Virus record (IMG/VR): IMGVR_UViG_3300035515_000158 | Length of the DNA stretch: 64,000 nt | From: a virus | Lineage: Duplodnaviria; Heunggongvirae; Uroviricota; Caudoviricetes | Strand: one strand, 5' to 3' | Part shown: one piece after another, positions 48,630 to 58,745 of the stretch | Layout: the number at the start of each line of letters is the position of its first letter | Numbering within the stretch: the stretch's first letter is position 1 | Program-made: the position numbers and the translations under genes | The notes under the pieces: model-generated | Databases searched by the model: none | What the model was told of the DNA's origin: nothing | Seen by the model: the letters and a program-made list of their open reading frames with translations, nothing else

Positions 48630-51619
48630 TAACTAACTCTATATAATTTATCATTAACTCTCACATAATCACCCTTAGTGAGCCATTTACCTTTTACGAA
48701 AACTAATCGTTGTACACCATCTATTGTGACTTTAACAACACTACCATTTTCAGACACTTGATGTAAAGAACAAGTTGAGTTTAGTGCATCATTGATTATA
48801 TCATTTCCACTTCCATCTCCATTTCCACTTCCATCTCCGTTTCCACTTCCATCTCCGTTTCCACTTCCATCTCCGTTTCCACTTCCATCTCCGTTTCCAC
48901 TTAGACTACTTCCTCCTTCACCATCAATACTTCCATCAGGTAATTTAATTCGGTCCCAGTTATCTACATTATCAACATCATCTTCATACCAATAAAATAT
49001 ATCATATACAGATACCGATGTTTCATCATCATCTCTATTTTGGATACCTTGAGATATCATAGTACCATCAGTATTAAGTTTAGCGACACCCAAATTTTTT
49101 ATAATAGTTGTCGCCCAGTTTCTATTACTGGTTTTATATGCATTACTTAAATATGAATTATATCTTGTCTGTAATCTACTATATAACTTATAATTATTAT
49201 ATTTTGCTTGTAAACTACCTATTACATTATCTGAAGCTGTATATTTACCATTTTTAGATACATAGTCAGCTAAGAAATCCAAATCAGGATGAAAATATGT
49301 CCATTTAATAACATTGGTTGGGTCTTTATATCCACTACTATCTCTATCGAATAATACTGAACGATATGCAATAATTTTTTCTGTTGATAATTCTTCAAGT
49401 TTATCTCTGGTTTCTTCGAGACTTGTTCTTAAATTATCTGAATTATATACATAGCCATCATAATTTAAATCATTTTTAGTAGTTACTGTCTTGTACTCAC
49501 CATTGATACCATAAGATACATAATATCCACTTAAATCACTAAGGTTATTCAAACTTAAATTATATGATGTTCCACCATTTAACATATTCAAAATTGCACT
49601 ATAATTATTGGTAATATATGAATATGAATCTATGGACTTATCACTATCTTCAAAATCATATAATTGTTCGATCACTTCATTTAAGTCATCCAGATATTGT
49701 TGATATGTTTTTGTTTGACCTAAATAAATTGGTTGTAAATTACCTTCAAGACCTCCACAGGCATCATCAACAGCATTTGAAAATGTAGTTGCCATCTCAG
49801 ATACTGTACTAATAATCTTATCAACACCCAATAAAGACATTAATTGTGATATAATCTCTTTAAGTTTGTTTATACCATTTAATATCATTCTTGCCAACTT
49901 ATAAATGTCAAAAATTATATTATTTACACATTTTAATATATCAGCAAGTATTTTTAATATACATTTAATATCAACAATGAAAGATACTATATTATGAACA
50001 AAGTTTGACACCGCCAGACCAAAACAATATGGTAGTACCGCCTTTGATGAACTACTTACAACTTGTGGTGGTAGGTCAGTTGTACATAATTGAACAATTC
50101 TATCACAGTTGTAGTCAATATCATCACAAATATCTTCTACTTCTTGATCTCCCGGACCACCACCCCTAAAGAATGTTTTGACATCACTTATTGCAGTTTT
50201 ATATTGTTGTATCTTTTGATTCCAAGCTTCTTTTAGTTTCTTGGCTATTCTTTCACATTCTTCTTTTATCTTATCTAATTCTTCTAAAACAACATCTTTT
50301 AATTTCTTAGCAGTCTTTGCATTCTTCGCCTGTTTCTTTTTCTTCTTAATCTCATTTATAACAGATTTCATATTTTGTCTTTCCTGTTTAGACATATTTC
50401 TATAAAATTCTGCACTGGCGTTAAGATATGCTTTATCCTCAGCAACAGACATTTTTGAGGTTAATGAATTAGAACCTTTCTTTTGATTATATAGTTCTTC
50501 TCTTTGTTCTTTAAGATATGTTTCAAAACTTTTTTTCAACTCATTATACTTAGAAGGATCAATTTCAACTAAGTCATCCCAACTAACATTCTTGTCCGGA
50601 TTTAATTCTGATGTCGGTTTAGTAATAAAATCAGACACCATTTTTTCCAAATTAATAGGAGGTAAAGTATTCAGTCCAGTCTTAATTAGAATTGAATTAG
50701 TAACAACTGCCATGAAAGCCTTGAAAACTTTTGTTATACTAAAGTTTGCAAGGAGGTTATCTATTGTTCCTGTTATCGCGGTTGTGGTAGTTGTTATTAA
50801 TGTGTTACCTTCGGTTGTCGTAGTCGTACTTGTAGTTGTACTTAATGATGTCATTCCAAACGCATCATCAATATCTTTACACATCTTATCAACATATTCT
50901 TTCAGTTTACTAATTAAAGTTGCAATAGTATTAGAAACTTTATTAACTGAATCTGTTGCTGATGTTATTTTACCTGTTATCTTATTCTCAGCATCTACCA
51001 CTGAAGTCAAAGCCGATGTCAGAGCATTATGTTTACCTTCTACTGTTGTTGCATTATTATAATTACTAACACCATTTTTTATATCCAATGATGTTTCTGT
51101 AACTACCTTTTGACTTAAATTTGAAATATAATTACCATATTTAGAAAATGATGAAGCAGACATTGTTGATACATCTACATTCACATCCATTGTTGATAAT
51201 GTTGCACCAATCGCTAATGTAGTTTCAACTGTTCCTAATGTATTCGACACCATTGATTGTGTAAAGTTTTCAAGTTTAGAGGCACTATCTGTAATTGAAC
51301 TTGCGATAGAATTTAACTGCATATTGAAATAATCAAGTGGAACATTAGAATAACCATCAAGAACCTTATTAATATCTTTTTGAAATTGTTGAACTAATCC
51401 ACATAGATACACAATGTCACTCACCAACTGATTAGCAAAATCCTTTGGTGTAGGTAATAAATCCACAAATCTGGCAACCTGAGCGACTCTACACATAACC
51501 TTAATGGTTCTTCGCATAGATTTCTTCACATACTTACCATCACCATCTGTACTTGATGTTTTATTATCGGAAGAATCTGTAGCACTCGCGGTTTCTATTA
51601 TTCCTGTATCGTCAGCCAT
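48629..51619 (-). CDS. Hypothetical helical structural protein with a GNGDGS linker
   Basis: 996-aa ORF in a late operon. Confidence 0.65.
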   Translation of the reverse strand: MADDTGIIETASATDSSDNKTSSTDGDGKYVKKSMRRTIKVMCRVAQVARFVDLLPTPKDFANQLVSDIVYLCGLVQQFQKDINKVLDGYSNVPLDYFNMQLNSIASSITDSASKLENFTQSMVSNTLGTVETTLAIGATLSTMDVNVDVSTMSASSFSKYGNYISNLSQKVVTETSLDIKNGVSNYNNATTVEGKHNALTSALTSVVDAENKITGKITSATDSVNKVSNTIATLISKLKEYVDKMCKDIDDAFGMTSLSTTTSTTTTTEGNTLITTTTTAITGTIDNLLANFSITKVFKAFMAVVTNSILIKTGLNTLPPINLEKMVSDFITKPTSELNPDKNVSWDDLVEIDPSKYNELKKSFETYLKEQREELYNQKKGSNSLTSKMSVAEDKAYLNASAEFYRNMSKQERQNMKSVINEIKKKKKQAKNAKTAKKLKDVVLEELDKIKEECERIAKKLKEAWNQKIQQYKTAISDVKTFFRGGGPGDQEVEDICDDIDYNCDRIVQLCTTDLPPQVVSSSSKAVLPYCFGLAVSNFVHNIVSFIVDIKCILKILADILKCVNNIIFDIYKLARMILNGINKLKEIISQLMSLLGVDKIISTVSEMATTFSNAVDDACGGLEGNLQPIYLGQTKTYQQYLDDLNEVIEQLYDFEDSDKSIDSYSYITNNYSAILNMLNGGTSYNLSLNNLSDLSGYYVSYGINGEYKTVTTKNDLNYDGYVYNSDNLRTSLEETRDKLEELSTEKIIAYRSVLFDRDSSGYKDPTNVIKWTYFHPDLDFLADYVSKNGKYTASDNVIGSLQAKYNNYKLYSRLQTRYNSYLSNAYKTSNRNWATTIIKNLGVAKLNTDGTMISQGIQNRDDDETSVSVYDIFYWYEDDVDNVDNWDRIKLPDGSIDGEGGSSLSGNGDGSGNGDGSGNGDGSGNGDGSGNGDGSGNDIINDALNSTCSLHQVSENGSVVKVTIDGVQRLVFVKGKWLTKGDYVRVNDKLYRVS
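48804..48902. repeat. 18-bp tandem repeat, 5.5 copies (SGNGDG)
   Basis: TTTCCACTTCCATCTCC(G/A) units. Confidence 0.95.
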
Positions 51620-51621
51620 TA

Positions 51622-53529
51622 TTAACTATATTTGTTATTAAGTAGTATTTCACTCTGAGCATTATCAATTATCAGAGTATTGTGGTTATCATCAACAATA
51701 AGTTGACTTAAAATTAGATTATGTTTTTCTTCTTCACATAATTTAGACCATAATCTAAAGTTTGTTAATTTCATATTACAAGTCATTAAATCATAACAAC
51801 AGGTTTCACCTAAATCAAAATTACCTAAATCATTAGATGTTCTACCTATTAATGATAATGATGTATGTACGTTTTCAGTTTCTTCTGAACCTTTGATTTC
51901 ATATAACCAGATATTTGACATTCCTCCTTTTAATCCCATCATAAGAATATACCATTTATTTTCAAAACCAGAGAAACCATCAAATTCATAATCATAGTAT
52001 TGACCATTCAAATTCAAAAGTATCTTATTGTAAATTTGAGTTAATGAGAACATACTATTTGTATCATCAGTTATATTAAACATGGTATTCACATCATATC
52101 CAATTAACTTAGCACAACTTAACATCCTTGTCTTAGAGGTAATTGTTCCTTCAACTTCAATAGTTTTATCACTCTTGTTTACTGATATGATTTTTTTGAA
52201 ACCATTAAAGTCATTAACCCTAAATAGATTTACATAATTACCAACTTTAAGTAAACCATTCCAACCTTTAACTGTGATTTTTACACCGCCAACATCACCT
52301 TTGGAAATGTTACTAATCATTATATTGTCAGAAACATTTGAAGATGTATTATTTGGTTTGAAAATAAAACTAATCATTCTTTCATCAGTCGAACTAAAAC
52401 CTGTTGTGTATTTATATTCAACTGCTTTCTGATTAGGTTCTACTGTTGAAAGGTCATAATAACTGTCTGCTATGATAGTCCAATCATTATATATCTTTTC
52501 ATCTCGTATTCTAACATTGGGTTCTAAATATCTTCTCAATCTATCTTGTCCTTCTAACCAATCACCCATAGGATTTAATTGACTATCTTTTCTATTGTTG
52601 GCAATTTCTTCATCCATTTCATCTTTGAATTTACCTTCGGCTGAGAAAATTAAGGTTTCAGTGTCCTCTTGTAAATCATCATCACCAAATTTTACAGAAC
52701 TCATTTCTTGATATGGAACAAGACTTACTCTCCAATATGTACCAGTGTAACCAAAATCATCAGGGTCAGAAACCGCATCAACCATATACATCTTATTCAT
52801 ATATGTTTGAAAGTAAAGATAATCATGGGGGTCCGGGTGGGAGTCTGTTCCGAATACCTTTTGAAATTCTGATTTGACAATGTGAATCTCAAATTGAACA
52901 GGATAATCAATCATCATAGTATTGAACTGTAATTCTCTACTTGGGAGTTGATTGTCCGGAACTAATATCTTTATGTTCTGTTTATCAATGACGTGTTCTA
53001 TACTATACTCCTTCAATACAACATCTCTACTTCTTGAGTTTGGTTCAGTCTTAAAATACAAAACACAAAGTCCAAACATATTACTAACGAGTGTTGACAT
53101 CTGACTATAAAAAGAATATCCAGAACCAATCGAATAAGGATTAAATAAATTACTACTCGATTGACTATATACCAATGAAGGAGTTGAATATCTGTTATTA
53201 TTTACCAATGTCCAATAACAATCTGGAATTGACTTTTCTTGACTACTTGAATCAAAATCCAGTGATATAGATTCAACCGATAACTTACCTTCTCCAACTT
53301 GTGTAAAACGATATTGAATATATAAATTACCTCCACTTGTCACTACATTAGACAGATTTTTATTTGAAAGTTCTCTGTAATCACTCCAAAGGATATTATC
53401 AGTTGAATACCTAAACTCTTTCTTATAATAACACAATTCGGTTTCACCCTTTATTTCACAGGTGTAACCAAATATGTTTTTTATATCTGTATATGTAATT
53501 ATATTTGACTCAATATATTTCTTAGCCAT
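51622..53529 (-). CDS. Neck protein gp14-like domain fused to a LamG-like C-terminus
   Basis: FEIHIVKSEFQKVFG..PDPHDYLYF..KMYMV; C-terminal NKWY..LTNFRLW. Confidence 0.5.
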   Translation of the reverse strand: MAKKYIESNIITYTDIKNIFGYTCEIKGETELCYYKKEFRYSTDNILWSDYRELSNKNLSNVVTSGGNLYIQYRFTQVGEGKLSVESISLDFDSSSQEKSIPDCYWTLVNNNRYSTPSLVYSQSSSNLFNPYSIGSGYSFYSQMSTLVSNMFGLCVLYFKTEPNSRSRDVVLKEYSIEHVIDKQNIKILVPDNQLPSRELQFNTMMIDYPVQFEIHIVKSEFQKVFGTDSHPDPHDYLYFQTYMNKMYMVDAVSDPDDFGYTGTYWRVSLVPYQEMSSVKFGDDDLQEDTETLIFSAEGKFKDEMDEEIANNRKDSQLNPMGDWLEGQDRLRRYLEPNVRIRDEKIYNDWTIIADSYYDLSTVEPNQKAVEYKYTTGFSSTDERMISFIFKPNNTSSNVSDNIMISNISKGDVGGVKITVKGWNGLLKVGNYVNLFRVNDFNGFKKIISVNKSDKTIEVEGTITSKTRMLSCAKLIGYDVNTMFNITDDTNSMFSLTQIYNKILLNLNGQYYDYEFDGFSGFENKWYILMMGLKGGMSNIWLYEIKGSEETENVHTSLSLIGRTSNDLGNFDLGETCCYDLMTCNMKLTNFRLWSKLCEEEKHNLILSQLIVDDNHNTLIIDNAQSEILLNNKYS

Positions 53530-53586
53530 CTTTAATAACCAGACTGTATAAGTTATTTATGGTGAAAAAGAAAAGTGGAACTGTTT

Positions 53587-54138
53587 TTACAATTCCACTT
53601 TCATGTCAAACTTCTGAAATAAATCACCAAAACCAATTTTTTCAACTCGTTTCAAGAACATATCTTTTTGGTTTTCAAAGATGGGAGTCGTGCTCAAAAA
53701 ACTACGACTTGTTAATTGAAACAATCTTCGGTAATGGTAATTTATTATATACTTGACAAATCTACAATATAAATCTTTTAAACTTTCTTTATCTAATGTT
53801 AAATAGTTACTCTCCATAAAAAATGGTTTATCAGTCAAATATGTGAGTAATTCTGTTTTATTATTCATATTACCCAACACTGTTCCTGTAATTAAACTAT
53901 TTCTGGCTACCTGACTACTGGTTCTCAATGTCATATGAACCCTTACATTACCAAGATGTTCTTTTATATATTCAAAATCCGTTTCAAATATATCTCTAAT
54001 CTTCACTCGATAATCAACCCTATTATTGTGTGTGTATTTCTCCAAAATGATAACTTTAATAGGGAGTAAAAATTCTGGATCATTCGTCGCTGTCAATAAA
54101 CCATAAACTTCTGTTCCAACATTATAAGTTCTAACCAT
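53587..54138 (-). CDS. Hypothetical protein
   Basis: 183-aa ORF followed by a hairpin at 53572-53601. Confidence 0.65.
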   Translation of the reverse strand: MVRTYNVGTEVYGLLTATNDPEFLLPIKVIILEKYTHNNRVDYRVKIRDIFETDFEYIKEHLGNVRVHMTLRTSSQVARNSLITGTVLGNMNNKTELLTYLTDKPFFMESNYLTLDKESLKDLYCRFVKYIINYHYRRLFQLTSRSFLSTTPIFENQKDMFLKRVEKIGFGDLFQKFDMKVEL

Positions 54139-54143
54139 AGTAA

Positions 54144-54764
54144 TTATTTCTTATCATCAATCGTTGACCGGATAATTCTCATCAAGTCTTTTTGATTATT
54201 TGACTTATATCCATTTGATATTTCAGATGCTGTTGTTGAATCTGATACATTCAAAGTAGTATCTCTATCAAGTGACAATTTTTCATACTCATTCTCTGCA
54301 TTCATTATATAGTTAGTTTGTGTCTTTACCAACTCAATGAATGTCCTTTGTAGGTTTCCAAGAGCATCAAACATCTTAGGACTAACTTCTCCTAATTCTA
54401 TATTTTCCATCAGTACATTAATCGCTCTTTCACTCACTTCCATCTGATTCATGATTTTTCCCAAGGTCATAGAATCCATATTAACCTTAGCTTGCACATA
54501 TTCGGATTTTGTAATAAACCCATCAGATAGGTATAGTTTCAAAAGTGTTGTCATTACCCTCTCAGCCTTAGCCTTACATTTATCCAACACATTATTTTCT
54601 TGTGTTGTTAATGTGGATGGTGTTTTCTGAAAGACCAATGTTTCTGCATCTATATCTTCACCTACAGTTATATCATTTTGTTCAAACAAGTCCGTAATAC
54701 TATCTCTAATGATGTCCTTTTGTTCATCACTCGGACTTGGTGTTTCTTTCTTTTTCCTTGGCAT
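54144..54764 (-). CDS. Terminase small subunit, gp16-like
   Basis: SPKMFDALGNL resembles the gp16 PR(A/M)xEV motif; C-terminal NQKDLMRII. Confidence 0.5.
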   Translation of the reverse strand: MPRKKKETPSPSDEQKDIIRDSITDLFEQNDITVGEDIDAETLVFQKTPSTLTTQENNVLDKCKAKAERVMTTLLKLYLSDGFITKSEYVQAKVNMDSMTLGKIMNQMEVSERAINVLMENIELGEVSPKMFDALGNLQRTFIELVKTQTNYIMNAENEYEKLSLDRDTTLNVSDSTTASEISNGYKSNNQKDLMRIIRSTIDDKK

Positions 54765-55161
54765 ACTGTGTTATATCTTTATCATCTTCTTCATTTACCA
54801 TGTCATTAATTTTAGTTAACTCATCGGTAATATCCTTTACACTTTTACTAAACCATGATTTACGTTCATCATTCATGACGTGAAATTGATTATCTGAAAT
54901 AAACTCCCCATCATATATTGTTTTTGGTTTCTTTGGTTCTGAATTTTTTATTTGTTCAATCTTCTCAGTGTCACATTTTGGAGTAATATCATATGATGTC
55001 TTATTTGATTGTTTAGAAACAGTGTCAAATATTATCCAGACAGATGTCATTAGAAACAAAGCTGTAATTATAACATAGTAAAAAAAACTATTAATTACAA
55101 TACCTAATAGAATGAACAAAAAATACAAAATAAAAACTACTAAAATTTGAGTTTGTTTCAT
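54727..55161 (-). CDS. Membrane protein with two N-terminal TM helices
   Basis: Hydrophobic residues 6-45; late promoter at 55180. Confidence 0.6.
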   Translation of the reverse strand: MKQTQILVVFILYFLFILLGIVINSFFYYVIITALFLMTSVWIIFDTVSKQSNKTSYDITPKCDTEKIEQIKNSEPKKPKTIYDGEFISDNQFHVMNDERKSWFSKSVKDITDELTKINDMVNEEDDKDITQYAKEKERNTKSE

Positions 55162-55288
55162 AAAAGCTTACTATATAATTATTTATGAAAAAAGAAAGAC
55201 CTGATATCACATCAGATCTTTCTTGACATTGCTACTTCTTTATGTTATTATGATAATAAAAAACTATGATAATGCCATGGTCTGGATA

Positions 55289-55933
55289 TTACCCATTAAT
55301 TTCAGCTTGACAATACTTTTTCAGTTTTGTCATTGCCTCATTATAAATCTTGGTAGCGACTCTTTCGGGTACTTCCAACTTTTCGGCGATGACCTTCATG
55401 TTGTTCTTTTCCAACTGACCGAACTCATCAAGACGGAGTTTCATTTTAACTGCGATACGAGAATTTTCATCGAGTTGTTTGAGACCTTCCTGAAGAATTT
55501 CATAACGGTCAGTGGTCATACCCGGATGGTCAACTGTTCCAAGAGTGTCATAATCATAGCTGTCAATTCGATCGTATGTGATTTCTGAAACATCTGATTT
55601 GGTTTCTTGACCCTTTGTGAAACCTTGTAGATGATTTACGGGGATGTGAACGAGAGATTGACCACGATTGATGTAGTTCAACATATAACCTCTCACACTG
55701 GCTGAACAAAATTTAACAAAACTGTCGTTCAAGTTAGGATCGTATTTTTGTTCAGCCTTTTTCATTGCAATTACACCTTCAACAAACAAGTCATAAGGTT
55801 CAACTCCTGTCTTGTTTCCGAGGTCTTGAGCGATTTTCCAGACGTATTTCAAGTTCTGAGTGGTCAAGTCACCACCATTCTTTTGAGCTTTCTTTACTGC
55901 GTCACCAATCATTTTGTGCAATTTAATATCCAT
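55289..55933 (-). CDS. Phage sigma70-family sigma factor
   Basis: Region 2 NLKYVWKIA..DLFVEGVIAMKKAEQKYDP..VHIP; region 4 HTH MKVIAEKLEVP..EAMTKLK. Confidence 0.85.
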   Translation of the reverse strand: MDIKLHKMIGDAVKKAQKNGGDLTTQNLKYVWKIAQDLGNKTGVEPYDLFVEGVIAMKKAEQKYDPNLNDSFVKFCSASVRGYMLNYINRGQSLVHIPVNHLQGFTKGQETKSDVSEITYDRIDSYDYDTLGTVDHPGMTTDRYEILQEGLKQLDENSRIAVKMKLRLDEFGQLEKNNMKVIAEKLEVPERVATKIYNEAMTKLKKYCQAEING

Positions 55934-55996
55934 ATCTTGTAACTTAAACTTTTATATTATTAAACTTATTAACTTGTCAACTTTCTTTTGACATTA

Positions 55997-56028
55997 CAAA
56001 GGTAGCGGTTTTTTTTGAAACTACCAAA
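55997..56028 (-). promoter_or_regulatory. Bacteroidota housekeeping-sigma promoter
   Basis: TTTG (56028-56025), 20-nt spacer, TACCTTTG (56004-55997); matches the -33/-7 consensus. Confidence 0.75.
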
Positions 56029-56032
56029 TTTT

Positions 56033-56572
56033 TTAGATAGAATTTTTCAAAAAATTTTTCACAGATTCCTTAACCTCTGATATACAGATAGGTGCAAAAT
56101 TCCAATGATTAGCCATACAACTTACTAAACCATTAGATAATTCACAATCTTCATTCAAACCATGAAAACAATATGTACCTGTATGACGACCAAGCCAATC
56201 AGAAAGGGGTAGATATGATAAAACTGCATCTTCTTCTGGTAGGACAACTATCTGGTCATCTTCAAATATAATCTTTTCTTTTACTGAACTATCAACTGAC
56301 AAATTAACCGATGTCTTTAATACATCTCTGAAAAATTTATCATCCTTAGTAAAGAAACTATTAAGGAGACGTATCTGACCATTCAATCGTATAAGTACCG
56401 GATAAATGTCAACGATACCTAAACCACCAAGAACATATACAATATCTTTATTATCGACAACTTTATTCCAATTTTCTATGATGGTGTCATTGTATTGAAA
56501 AGTTGTAGTATTCTCCAACTTTCCACCCGGTCGATTAAACCAAGTGTCACTAATTACAAAAATTTTATTCAT
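56033..56572 (-). CDS. Calcineurin-like metallophosphoesterase fold with degenerate active site
   Basis: ISDTWF (DxH changed to DxW), IIENWNKVV..DIVYVLGG (GD lost), LLNSF in place of GNHD, FHG. Confidence 0.65.
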   Translation of the reverse strand: MNKIFVISDTWFNRPGGKLENTTTFQYNDTIIENWNKVVDNKDIVYVLGGLGIVDIYPVLIRLNGQIRLLNSFFTKDDKFFRDVLKTSVNLSVDSSVKEKIIFEDDQIVVLPEEDAVLSYLPLSDWLGRHTGTYCFHGLNEDCELSNGLVSCMANHWNFAPICISEVKESVKNFLKNSI

Positions 56573-56642
56573 GCGTAAAGTAGTAATGGTGGACTTAATT
56601 TAACGATAAGCCCACCATTTTATTTTATATTAAAATCTAAGT

Positions 56643-57668
56643 TTATCCATTCAATACACTGTTAACCCAGTCTTCATCTTCATCTGTTGCTGTAATTTCA
56701 TCTTCCGCAGGTTCAGGTTCTGGTTTGGGTTCAGGTTTAGGGGTAGAAGTGGTTTTCTTCTTAGGTGCTTCCGCAGGTGCATCATTCATAATATTGTTGA
56801 TGATGTCATTGGTTTTTGATGCGGTAGTTTCAGGAGCCTTGTACTCACTTGTGTATGAAGCCAAGTTTGTGTTAACTCGATTTGTGGTTTCCTCATCCCA
56901 TTCCTTGAACAAATAGTCCTTAATTTTGGGAGCACCTTCTTCCAACCAAGCCATAAAAGCTTTCTTTGATTCTAAATCTGTGGTAAGAGTTTGACCATCA
57001 CCAAAATGAATAGGTGCTGTCTTTTCAATAAATGAACAAGAGTCATAGTTGGTTACTTCTTGACCACCATCCATTTTTTGTGAACCTTTTGTGAGGTTAA
57101 TGTTGAACAAACGGGCATTGAAGAAATCAAAGGGATTAAATGCATCCTTATATTCACTACCCTTAGTAGCTTCAACAATCTTGTCATAAATCTTCTTACC
57201 AAATTGGAAGATATAAACTTTACCCTCCATTTCAGGGTGTTGTGCATCCTTTACTACCTCAATGAGAGAATACCATTGTTGATATACATTGATTTTCTTT
57301 GAGTTGGCTTTGTCAATCGCACTTGAACTCATGTACAGACGATACGACAAATTTCGTATAGGACATTGTTTACCGATTGTCTTAGGTGAAACAACATAGA
57401 TACCATTTTCACCATTCACATCCTTGAGGTATGATTCCCAACGTTCGATTGTAGTTTCTACCTTGTTGTTGTTCACGAACGGGATGAAACGAATAAGTGC
57501 TCGGTAATTCTTGTCCACACACTTCTCATCTTTGATAGAAGGTTTGTACAAGTTAGGGTCACGGAAACCACCACCCTTTTTCTCTGCAAGGGTATTGGCG
57601 GCGTTTTCAGTTGTAAAACCAGCGAACATTGCGTTCACATCATCAGCAGTTAAATCTAAATAACTCAT
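56643..57668 (-). CDS. Single-stranded DNA-binding protein, gp32-like
   Basis: ALIRFIP, KQCPI, VVKDAQHPEMEGKVYIFQFGKKIYDKI, NPFD, NYDSCSF, acidic tail; middle motif at 57744-57756. Confidence 0.9.
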   Translation of the reverse strand: MSYLDLTADDVNAMFAGFTTENAANTLAEKKGGGFRDPNLYKPSIKDEKCVDKNYRALIRFIPFVNNNKVETTIERWESYLKDVNGENGIYVVSPKTIGKQCPIRNLSYRLYMSSSAIDKANSKKINVYQQWYSLIEVVKDAQHPEMEGKVYIFQFGKKIYDKIVEATKGSEYKDAFNPFDFFNARLFNINLTKGSQKMDGGQEVTNYDSCSFIEKTAPIHFGDGQTLTTDLESKKAFMAWLEEGAPKIKDYLFKEWDEETTNRVNTNLASYTSEYKAPETTASKTNDIINNIMNDAPAEAPKKKTTSTPKPEPKPEPEPAEDEITATDEDEDWVNSVLNG

Positions 57669-57807
57669 AATTAAAACTTTTTTATAAACTTATTAAAACT
57701 ATTTGGTCTTCCGACCACCATAGTAACTTAAAACTTTTCAAATTAAATATAACAAAAAAATCACGGTTAGCGAATAAAATATATATAATATCAATAAATT
57801 TTTTTTA

Positions 57808-58740
57808 TCATCCTATCAGATAGTCTGTTATAGAAAGATTTCTCATAGATGCTACCAAGTCAGGTACAGATTCAGTAACTTCTTCCTCAAGGTCTTCTGC
57901 ATTTATATCTCCTTGATATGTGACAACAACTGTATTTGGATCCAAAAGTTCACCTTCAGAAGCTCCCGTTGAATCACCAGCAAGTTCTTCAATTTCAGTT
58001 TGTGAATTTTCAAGTTCTGTTGTTAATTCTTCAACTTGTGTCGCATAATCAGTATTCTGTTCTATCAAACTCGATATTGTAGCTTGTAAATCCTCGATTA
58101 ATGAATCTCGTGCTGTTATCGCATCCTTTAGATTTGTAATAGTTTCTGTTAAAGTGGTTTGACTCTCAGAAGTTCTATCTGCCCAGTATCCACTATAAAT
58201 GACTTCTTCATCTGAGGAAATCTGTGTATTTGAAGCACTATCATATGTTGTATATACTCTGGTAATATAGAACACATGATTTTTCAGAGACATTATATCA
58301 CTGGCCTGTTTCTTTGTAATCTTAAATAGAACTTGTCCATTCGTCTTATCAACATTAAGATAAGGATTGTCCGGAGTATATTCAACTATTCTAATTTCTT
58401 TACTATTATACTTAAACACCAAATATAAAGTTGCACCATCTGATAAATCGAGAGGTGTTGTTGGGTCAGAGTAATCTTGATATAATGTGAACAATCTATA
58501 ATTATCAAATGGGTCTATTAATAAAGGTGTTTCTCCTATTTGATATAGATGATCATCACTGTCACCATCAACTGTTACATTAGTCGTTGTAGAAGTTTCC
58601 TCATCTTCATCATCATCAGATACTAAAGTGTCAGTGTCAATAAGCACAGCCTCAATCTGTGACAATAAGTCGGTAGAAAAATTATCAATAACGGATATGT
58701 TTGTAATTAAGGATTGTTTTATTTGATTTGAACTTGCCAT
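57808..58740 (-). CDS. Hypothetical structural protein with coiled coil
   Basis: 310-aa ORF in a late operon. Confidence 0.6.
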   Translation of the reverse strand: MASSNQIKQSLITNISVIDNFSTDLLSQIEAVLIDTDTLVSDDDEDEETSTTTNVTVDGDSDDHLYQIGETPLLIDPFDNYRLFTLYQDYSDPTTPLDLSDGATLYLVFKYNSKEIRIVEYTPDNPYLNVDKTNGQVLFKITKKQASDIMSLKNHVFYITRVYTTYDSASNTQISSDEEVIYSGYWADRTSESQTTLTETITNLKDAITARDSLIEDLQATISSLIEQNTDYATQVEELTTELENSQTEIEELAGDSTGASEGELLDPNTVVVTYQGDINAEDLEEEVTESVPDLVASMRNLSITDYLIG

Positions 58741-58745
58741 CTTTA

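Noticed and set aside
48804-48902. CRISPR array
   Set aside because: Contiguous 18-bp units with no spacers, in frame within a gene.
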